Positions 57,338 through 64,000 of a DNA stretch of 64,000 nt are shown here, piece after piece. The first letter of the stretch is position 1. The number at the start of each line of letters is the position of its first letter. The DNA lies in contig CACCQD010000001.1 of the NCBI GenBank assembly GCA_902547925.1, positions 26,557-90,556 of the forward strand. The letters are read 5' to 3'. A program made the position numbers and the translations under genes. The stretch is from an uncultured SAR116 cluster alpha proteobacterium. Its GTDB lineage: Bacteria > Pseudomonadota > Alphaproteobacteria > Puniceispirillales > Puniceispirillaceae. The notes under the pieces were generated by a model. That model had not been told where the DNA came from and searched no databases. It worked only from the letters and a program-made list of their open reading frames with translations.

Positions 57338-58771
57338 GTGACGATGGACATTATTGCTGATTTGACGAGTATAGTCGGGACGGATGCTGTGATGAACGCT
57401 GTTGATGATATGGCTCCTTTTCTGTCGGACTGGCATAGCAGGTTTGTCGGACAGGCACATGCCGTTGTGCTGCCACGGACAACGGCGCAGGTGGCTAAAA
57501 TCATGGAATTCGCCAGCCAGCAAGGCATTGTTGTCGTTCCACAAGGCGGCAACACTGGTTTCGTGGGTGGTGCCACACCCGATACAAAAGGTAACAGCAT
57601 TCTTCTGTCACTGCGTCGGATGAACCAGATTCGTGAAATAGATTCAACCAATATGTCAATGACGGTCGAGGCAGGCTGCATCCTGCAGACCCTGCACGAA
57701 AAAACGGAGGCCCAGAATCTCTATTTCCCACTCAATCTAGCCGCCAAGGGAAGCTGCACAATCGGCGGCAATCTTGGCACCAACGCCGGAGGATTGAATG
57801 TTGTTCGGTATGGCAACACGCGGCAACTCACCTTGGGGCTTGAGGTCGTTTTGATGGGTGGCAAGGTTCTGAACATGCTGAGTGGGCTTCGCAAGGATAA
57901 TACTGGCTATGATCTGCGTGACCTGTTCATCGGCTCTGAGGGAACGCTTGGTGTGATTACAGCCGCAACGATGAAGCTGTTTCCCCTGCCTGTCGCACGC
58001 AGCACCGCCTTTGCCGAGGTGCGCGATGTTGCTGCTGCTGTAGAGCTGCTACATCGCCTGCAGGCTGCCTCTGGCGGCAGTGTTGAGGCCTTTGAGTTGA
58101 TCCCGGCCGATATTCTGCACGTGCTTTTTGAGCATTTTCCTGATATCCAGCAACCACTGGCAAAGCGCGGTGCGATGAATGTGTTGATGGAGATCGCCAG
58201 CACCAATCCCAACAGCGGGGTCGCCGACAGCAGTGGTCAGATCCCGCAGCAGAGAATAATGGAGGATTTCCTTGCCACTGCCTTTGAGGATGGGTTGGTC
58301 ATTGATGCAACCATTGCCACAAATGAGGCGCAGCGCACAGCGTTGTGGGATGTTCGTGAAACAGCACCAGAATCACACAAGCGGTCCGGTGTTGTGGCAC
58401 GCTCTGACATCTCATTGCCGCAATCGGCAATCGCGCCCTTCTATGCCGAGATGGTGAGCGGCATTAAGGCAATTGATCCGACTGTCCGCATCTGTGGTTA
58501 CGGGCATATCGGTGATGGCAACCTGCATTTCAATCTCGTCAGCCATCCGGCCAGCAATACCGAATTTGCTGAAAAAATTCCCTCGCTGTTTGAACTGCTT
58601 TACGAAACGCTTGCCCGCTATGGGGGGTCGATCAGTGCGGAACACGGTATCGGCCAGGTCAAGCGGGACCAGCTCAAAACAGTGAAAAGTGCTGAAATCC
58701 TAGACACCATGCAGGCGATTAAAACAGCTTTGGATCCCCAGAATCTTTTGAATCCAGGTAAAATTCTCTGA
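57338..58771 (+). CDS. FAD-linked oxidase (GlcD / D-2-hydroxyacid dehydrogenase-like)
   Basis: 477 aa. Blocks VVPQGGNTGFVGGATP, GGNLGTNAGG and the C-terminal SAEHGIGQVKR...LDPQNLLNPGK. Confidence 0.88.
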   Translation: MTMDIIADLTSIVGTDAVMNAVDDMAPFLSDWHSRFVGQAHAVVLPRTTAQVAKIMEFASQQGIVVVPQGGNTGFVGGATPDTKGNSILLSLRRMNQIREIDSTNMSMTVEAGCILQTLHEKTEAQNLYFPLNLAAKGSCTIGGNLGTNAGGLNVVRYGNTRQLTLGLEVVLMGGKVLNMLSGLRKDNTGYDLRDLFIGSEGTLGVITAATMKLFPLPVARSTAFAEVRDVAAAVELLHRLQAASGGSVEAFELIPADILHVLFEHFPDIQQPLAKRGAMNVLMEIASTNPNSGVADSSGQIPQQRIMEDFLATAFEDGLVIDATIATNEAQRTALWDVRETAPESHKRSGVVARSDISLPQSAIAPFYAEMVSGIKAIDPTVRICGYGHIGDGNLHFNLVSHPASNTEFAEKIPSLFELLYETLARYGGSISAEHGIGQVKRDQLKTVKSAEILDTMQAIKTALDPQNLLNPGKIL

Positions 58772-58804
58772 ACAGCCAAAAATTGGCCAAAGGAGGCACA
58801 CGTC

Positions 58805-59356
58805 ATGGCAAAGACAGAAAACGCGGATGCAGTGCTGGCTTTCTGGTTTGAGGAGATATCACCAGAGCAGTGGTTCAAGAAAGATGATGTCTTCGATGAA
58901 ACCATCAAAAATCGTTTTGAGCCAACAATCATCAGTAGTTTGAAGGGCGAGAGGGATAGCTGGGCAAACAAAGCCGCGGGATGTCTCGCCCTAATCATCC
59001 TGCTTGACCAATTCACCCGCAACATCTACCGCAACACCCCGCGCGCTTTTTCAGGGGATGAAATGGCGCTGGCATTGTCTCTGCGCTGCCTTGAACGAGG
59101 ATATCTCGACGATGCAGATGCCAATCAGCGGCATTTTATGCTGATGCCCCTGATGCACAGCGAAGATTTGGCTATTCAGGACATGTCATTGCCGTTGTTT
59201 GAGAGACACACAAATGCGCGAACAATGGGCTATGCGCAGCAACACCGGGACATCGTTGCACGGTTTGGCCGGTTTCCCCATCGCAACGCTATTCTGGGGC
59301 GCCCTCACTCACCTGAGGAAATTGAGTTTCTGACCCAGCCCGGATCATCCTTCTAG
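58805..59356 (+). CDS. DUF924-family protein
   Basis: 183 aa. Blocks VLAFWFEE..PEQWFKKD, LDQFTRNIYR and RFGRFPHRNAILGR are characteristic of DUF924. Confidence 0.8.
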   Translation: MAKTENADAVLAFWFEEISPEQWFKKDDVFDETIKNRFEPTIISSLKGERDSWANKAAGCLALIILLDQFTRNIYRNTPRAFSGDEMALALSLRCLERGYLDDADANQRHFMLMPLMHSEDLAIQDMSLPLFERHTNARTMGYAQQHRDIVARFGRFPHRNAILGRPHSPEEIEFLTQPGSSF

Positions 59357-59372
59357 GCAGAGAGGAACACAC

Positions 59373-60299
59373 TCAATAACCGGCTAGTTTGGCGGCTATC
59401 TCCATCACCTCTCCGGCGGTGATGCTGGCGATTGGGTCAGCCTTTACCCACCTGCAACAACTGCCTATAGGCGCGGACATTGCCGGATCGGTATCTGGTC
59501 CCATGACCATTATCGTCCGTGCACCGAGGCGCGCCGCCAAAAATAATGGCCCCGTGTCATTGCCAACCACAAGATCAGCTGAGTGCAGGAGGCGGGCCAA
59601 ACCCGTAAGATCAGTTTTGCCAACAAGATCATGACATCGCGGGGCTGCCGCCATCAAAGTATCTGCGACCGGACGATCCGCTTCGGTGCCAACAATGACC
59701 ACCGTCTGCCCAGATGCCTGCAACGCCAACGCCAGCTCGGCATACCGGTCAGCCGGCCATCTTTTCCGGGGTTTGGCGAGTGAGCAACCCGGAATCAGAA
59801 CTGCAGCCCTGGCCATCGGAGCCGTCCCACTACCAGCCAGCCAGTCCAGATCTACCGCCTCAGGCGCGATTATCCGGCCGCCTGCCATCTTAGCGGCAGT
59901 GAGCATACGTTGATGATTGTTCACCGCAGTGAAATTTGGATAGGGATCACTTGCCCCTTTTACCGTTCCGAACCAACGCACCGCTGGCCGCACAAAATAC
60001 TTTTGATAGCTCGCAGTTCGACCACTGCATTGCAAATCTATGATCGCATCCCACCCGCGCCGAAACACGGAGCGGACCCGCCACGTTGCCGGAACGTCAA
60101 GGAACGATGATCGTGGATCAATCAACACCTCGTCAAACCAGGGCATCATCCTCATGAAACCGGCAAAAGCAGGAGAGGTCAGAACCGCAATATGAGCATC
60201 GGCAAGACCGGCACGAAGGCTTGCATATGCATCGAAGCCCTGCACCACATCACCAAGTGCCCCATGCTTGATCACCAGAACCTGCCGCTGTTGAACCAT
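59373..60299 (-). CDS. Glycosyltransferase family 9 (heptosyltransferase-like)
   Basis: 308 aa. N-terminus VLVIKHGALGDVVQ and C-terminal block VGNDTGPLFLAA are typical of GT9. Confidence 0.85.
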   Translation of the reverse strand: MVQQRQVLVIKHGALGDVVQGFDAYASLRAGLADAHIAVLTSPAFAGFMRMMPWFDEVLIDPRSSFLDVPATWRVRSVFRRGWDAIIDLQCSGRTASYQKYFVRPAVRWFGTVKGASDPYPNFTAVNNHQRMLTAAKMAGGRIIAPEAVDLDWLAGSGTAPMARAAVLIPGCSLAKPRKRWPADRYAELALALQASGQTVVIVGTEADRPVADTLMAAAPRCHDLVGKTDLTGLARLLHSADLVVGNDTGPLFLAARLGARTIMVMGPDTDPAMSAPIGSCCRWVKADPIASITAGEVMEIAAKLAGY

Positions 60300-60426
60300 T
60301 GACGCTTTGCCCCAATTTCTCTGATTTGGTCACCCAATATCGGTGGATGACATTCACCCCGGATATGACATACCATATCGGCGCCTCCGGGCGATGGAAA
60401 AGATCGTCTGCAGATTAACATGATAC

Positions 60427-61620
60427 TTGTTTAACTCCGGGAATCCTCCTGCCTTGTCATCAACAAATGAAACATCATCACCGTCAATCAGCGCACTTCG
60501 CCAGATAACACCGTTGCCATTGATTGACATTCTGCTGCCTGCAAAGGAACGTTTCACCACGGCAAATGCCGGCGCAATTTCAGGCGTGGTGAATGACCTT
60601 GTCGAGGCGAGCCAGAGCCGCGACTGTTTTCGCATCTGTGGTGCGGTGGTTGATGTTCCGCTCAACGATCATAAATTTCTTGGTCTACGGCCACGCGGAC
60701 AATGGTTTAGAGGCACAAATATTGGCTGCGCTGCAGATTATATTGCCAAGATCGAAAAAACTGGTGCGCCCAATCTGGTGGAAGTGCATAGCCGATGCCA
60801 CGTTGCCACCTACATCAAAAAACGCCGCCCAGATTTGCGGGTGAGCCTTTACCTGCACAATGATCCGCGTGACATGAAAGGCGGTAAGAGCGTGAAGGAT
60901 CGACTGGCGCTGCTCCGGGATATGGCCACCATCATCTGTGTCAGCGCCTATATCCGTGAGTGTTTTCTGGATGGTCTTGGCGTCGATAACGCCCTGACCA
61001 AAAAGGTTGGCGTTGCCCGAAACGGTGCGCAGCGCTGGCTTGTCAACCAACCAGTCAAGCAGCCGGTCATTCTGATCGCTGGCCGGATGGTCCCGGAAAA
61101 GGGAATTTTGGAATGTGCAACGGCGCTTGCTGCCATTCTGCCGAAACACCCCGATTGGCAGCTGGTGATTGCTGGCGCAAAACGTTTTGAGGCCGCCGCG
61201 CGTGACAGTTATGAGGCGAAGATTGCAAACGCCATTAAGGACCTTGGCAATCAGGCGTTAATGACCGGCTTCATCCCGATCAATGAAGTCCGAGAATGGC
61301 AGGCCAAAGCGGCCATTTCCGTCTGTCCATCGCTGTGGAATGATCCCATGCCGAAGGCCGTTATCGAGAGTCTTGCCGCCGGATGCGCCCTTCTGACAAC
61401 GCGGCGTGGCGGAATTCCGGAGGCGGCCGAGGGCCGGGCTCATATTGTTGATACCCCTGACATCGCCCATTTCAGCGATGGCTTTGACAAACTGCTCAGC
61501 GATGATGCCTATCGGACAGGTTTGCAGGATGTAGCCTGGCATGATTTTCCCTTTACCGCAAAAGCCATGGCAGATGACGCAGATGCCCTGCGCGCGCAGT
61601 GCCTTCGGGTACCCATCTGA
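60427..61620 (+). CDS. Glycosyltransferase family 4 (group 1)
   Basis: 397 aa as listed, with a TTG start. The true start is uncertain and could be an internal TTG near LIDILLPAKERF. The C-terminal EX7E-type region is PSLWNDPMPKAVIESLAAGCALLTTRRGGIPE. Confidence 0.8.
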   Translation: MFNSGNPPALSSTNETSSPSISALRQITPLPLIDILLPAKERFTTANAGAISGVVNDLVEASQSRDCFRICGAVVDVPLNDHKFLGLRPRGQWFRGTNIGCAADYIAKIEKTGAPNLVEVHSRCHVATYIKKRRPDLRVSLYLHNDPRDMKGGKSVKDRLALLRDMATIICVSAYIRECFLDGLGVDNALTKKVGVARNGAQRWLVNQPVKQPVILIAGRMVPEKGILECATALAAILPKHPDWQLVIAGAKRFEAAARDSYEAKIANAIKDLGNQALMTGFIPINEVREWQAKAAISVCPSLWNDPMPKAVIESLAAGCALLTTRRGGIPEAAEGRAHIVDTPDIAHFSDGFDKLLSDDAYRTGLQDVAWHDFPFTAKAMADDADALRAQCLRVPI

Positions 61621-61725
61621 GTGCGACAGGTGATGACAAAGCCTGACAATTTTTAGCGTATGTCATAGACTTATGAGGTAAAAGGCTATAGCCATTAGGT
61701 CTGTTACCTGCTTTTTGGGGTTGGA

Positions 61726-63885
61726 ATGCAAACGCTTCATCGTCTTTGTTATCTCGGTATCCTTTTGTTGTTTTCGCTAGCAGAATCAGCTCTGGCGGAC
61801 GACCGGCCAATCAGCTTTGAGGCCGATCAGGTCACTGTAAACAAAGAAACCGGCAGCATGTTTGCAACAGGCAATGTTGTACTGCGCCAAAATGATACCG
61901 AGTTGATCGCCGATGAAGTGACCTATGACCAGGAACTGGATAAGGCGGTTGCCCGCGGCAATGTGTTGATGACGTCCAATGATGGCACCGAACGCCGCGC
62001 TGATTTCATGACACTCGACACACAATTCACCCATATTGTTGCGGACAATCTGCGAATACGTTCCACGGACGGTTCATTCTTTATCGCCGATGAAAGTGAC
62101 ACTGTGACCGGTGATCGCTCCGTTTTCTCGCGTTCCCTTTTCAGCCCCTGCAAATGTGATATCGAGAAAGGCGAGAGCCCGAACTGGGATGTGCGGGCCA
62201 CATCATCAATCCACAACGAAAAAACGCAGACGGTCACCCACAAAAATGTTCGCATGCATGTGCTGAATGTGCCGCTGTTCTACCTGCCCTATCTGGCGCA
62301 TCCAGACTGGACCGCTCGCCGGCGCACAGGATTTTTGACTCCTTCGACCTCAATCAGCTCTGACCGTGGAATCACGCCGGAGGTTCCCTATTTCAAAATT
62401 ATTGATGACACGAGCGACGCGCGATTTACCGCCTACAAGTATCAATTTCGTGGCATCGGCCTGCGGACAGATTACCGCAAACGCTGGGACAATGCCGATC
62501 TTGATGTTCAACTCCTCAACGGAAGTGTAAGCACATACAAGAAAGACCGCGAAAATGTTGCGGCCATCAATGCAATTTTCAGAACGTACATCGGCAATGA
62601 CTGGAATATCGAAGCCCGGGTTAATCGGGCGAGCCAGGACACCTTTATGCGCCGCTACATGTTTGATAGTTCGACAACGTTAAAATCTTCTGTTACCGCG
62701 GAGCGTCTCAAAGAAAACCGCTATTATCTTGTCGAGGCGTCTGATCTGCAAGGACTTAATTCAAGTGACACACCAGAGTTGGAGCCAGTGATCCTGCCGT
62801 CAATTTTTTATGAGAAACTGCAACAGGGATGGAGACCCAACCAGAAGCTGCGAACGGAGATAAGCGCAATCCAGCTGGACAATGACGAAGAGCATGATCT
62901 TGCGCGCTGGTCCGGAACAACGGAGGTTGCTGAGGAGTTTCATCAAGGTGCATTTGTCAATTCCTACAAGGCAAATGTGATGGCAAGCTATTATTCTCTG
63001 CATGACAAGCCAGTTGGCGCCACCAGCAAGCTGGACGAGTTCGGCCAGATCAATCCTTCCGTCTCGGTCGGCACACGCCTGCCGCTGGCGGTCAGCGGTT
63101 TTGGCAAAACAGCCATGTTTGAGCCAAAGGCGCAAATCGTCTGGGTGGGTGGCGCAGACCGGACACAGGAAGTGCCAAACCGTGACTCGGCCGACTATCG
63201 GATCGACGAAGCCAATCTGTTCCTACTCAACCGCTATCAGGGTAAAGACTATATCTTGCCGGGAACGCGCGTTGATCTCGGCGTTTCAGGCGTCGCCGAT
63301 GACCAGACCTTTGGCAAGCTGACAGGGTTCATTGGCCTGAGCCGGCGCATATCCGGCAAGCCATCAGAAGGTCTTGCACCGGATCAGGGCAACATCTATT
63401 CCGACTATGTTGCCAGTTTGAGCATCAACCCACCGCAGAATATTGCGCTTTCCTGGTCGGGACGGATGTCATCACATGATTTTTCGCTGAATGAATCAAA
63501 AACAGATGTTTCGACAAAACTCGGCAAAATAAATCTTGCGCTGGAGCACAACCAACTGGCCAAGGCCTATTTTGCTAACAACACCAACGACCGTGAGGAT
63601 TTGATTTTGCGCGGCAGTGTTCCACTCGGCCGAGGATGGAGCGCGTCAGCTGACCAGAATTGGGACCTCTCCGCTGGTCAGGAAACACGGAAGACAACCA
63701 ATGCGGCACTTGTCTGGAATGGTGGTGTGCAAAATTGCATTACCATCCGGTTTGATTACTCACATGACGCCACCAAAGACCGTGATGTGTCACCCATTGA
63801 CGAGATAAAATTTACATTCAATTTCAAATATTTGGGGGCTATTGGCAAGGATGATGTTTCCCGTTTTTCAAGCAGCTCAAAATAA
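61726..63885 (+). CDS. lptD: LPS-assembly outer-membrane protein LptD
   Basis: 719 aa. Signal-peptide-like N-terminus, an OstA-like N-terminal domain (FEADQVTVNKETGSMFATGNVVLRQ) and a long beta-barrel C-terminal region. Confidence 0.9.
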   Translation: MQTLHRLCYLGILLLFSLAESALADDRPISFEADQVTVNKETGSMFATGNVVLRQNDTELIADEVTYDQELDKAVARGNVLMTSNDGTERRADFMTLDTQFTHIVADNLRIRSTDGSFFIADESDTVTGDRSVFSRSLFSPCKCDIEKGESPNWDVRATSSIHNEKTQTVTHKNVRMHVLNVPLFYLPYLAHPDWTARRRTGFLTPSTSISSDRGITPEVPYFKIIDDTSDARFTAYKYQFRGIGLRTDYRKRWDNADLDVQLLNGSVSTYKKDRENVAAINAIFRTYIGNDWNIEARVNRASQDTFMRRYMFDSSTTLKSSVTAERLKENRYYLVEASDLQGLNSSDTPELEPVILPSIFYEKLQQGWRPNQKLRTEISAIQLDNDEEHDLARWSGTTEVAEEFHQGAFVNSYKANVMASYYSLHDKPVGATSKLDEFGQINPSVSVGTRLPLAVSGFGKTAMFEPKAQIVWVGGADRTQEVPNRDSADYRIDEANLFLLNRYQGKDYILPGTRVDLGVSGVADDQTFGKLTGFIGLSRRISGKPSEGLAPDQGNIYSDYVASLSINPPQNIALSWSGRMSSHDFSLNESKTDVSTKLGKINLALEHNQLAKAYFANNTNDREDLILRGSVPLGRGWSASADQNWDLSAGQETRKTTNAALVWNGGVQNCITIRFDYSHDATKDRDVSPIDEIKFTFNFKYLGAIGKDDVSRFSSSSK

Positions 63886-64000
63886 AACATCAAAAAAGCA
63901 ACGCCCAGATCACGATTGCAACAGTGATCAGAATCATTGATCGCGTGAGCAAGAGCGAGCGTGGCACCGCTCTTTGCAACAAGGCACCGCTGGCGCACCA

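Noticed and set aside
61684-61693. The 10-bp palindrome GGCTATAGCC upstream of lptD, with a related GCTATAGC at 20603-20610.
   Set aside because: There are only two short copies in unrelated contexts, and the second adjoins the stronger TGGTATACCA-type site. This is compatible with chance.
63886-64000. An open plus-strand frame running off the right edge after lptD (possible surA start), and the minus-strand ORF 63756..63998.
   Set aside because: The plus-strand frame has no clear start codon or signal peptide within the 115 nt available. The minus-strand ORF is antisense to the lptD 3' end. There is too little sequence to call either.
1-64000. CRISPR arrays, transposases, integrases, phage genes, toxin-antitoxin pairs and known defence systems.
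   Set aside because: I found no repeat-spacer structure. No ORF has recognisable recombinase, nuclease-defence or TA features. Every large ORF is accounted for by metabolic, transport or housekeeping families, apart from the unknown ORFs listed in the features (25424..26617, 30217..30405, 49311..49595 and 52222..52743).

Overview
This is a densely packed, alphaproteobacterium-like chromosomal window of about 60 genes. I saw no rRNA, CRISPR array, transposase, integrase or recognisable defence genes.

The left third (about 2.2-24.4 kb) looks accessory and catabolic. It starts with a visibly lower-GC TRAP transporter operon carrying a xylose-isomerase-like TIM-barrel enzyme and an MLE/MR-type enolase-superfamily enzyme. 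Next come a class V aminotransferase, two crotonases, an aldehyde dehydrogenase, a divergent DHDPS-family enzyme, an FCD-type GntR regulator and a PdxA-family dehydrogenase. These are followed by a TctCBA tripartite tricarboxylate transporter, a second TIM-barrel paralog, a family III CoA-transferase, a MatB-like acyl-CoA synthetase, a DMT permease and a rhamnonate-dehydratase-like enolase enzyme. The region ends at tRNA-Leu(UAA).

The main candidate for an undescribed system is a putative GntR regulon. Four intergenic copies of the palindrome TGGTATACCA tie 13 of these genes together, and I cannot match the enzyme set to a named pathway.

The remaining two thirds are core genes: map, purB-purC-purS-purQ-purL-bolA-grxD, rpsD, a TrmJ-like methyltransferase, cimA-like, cysS, gltX, nadE, an NAPRTase-like gene, class II DAHP synthase, gor, acetoacetyl-CoA synthetase, alkA-like, SRAP, tsaC/sua5-like, two glycosyltransferases and lptD.

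Three genes in this core part are interrupted by in-frame stops:
- radC has a frameshift plus a TAG.
- A GNAT acetyltransferase has a TAA plus a TAG.
- A small unknown gene has a TGA.

A partial YdiJ-like FAD/Fe-S oxidoreductase, absent from the ORF track, runs off the left edge. All calls rest on my own reading of translated motifs and sequence patterns. No database search or computation was run.
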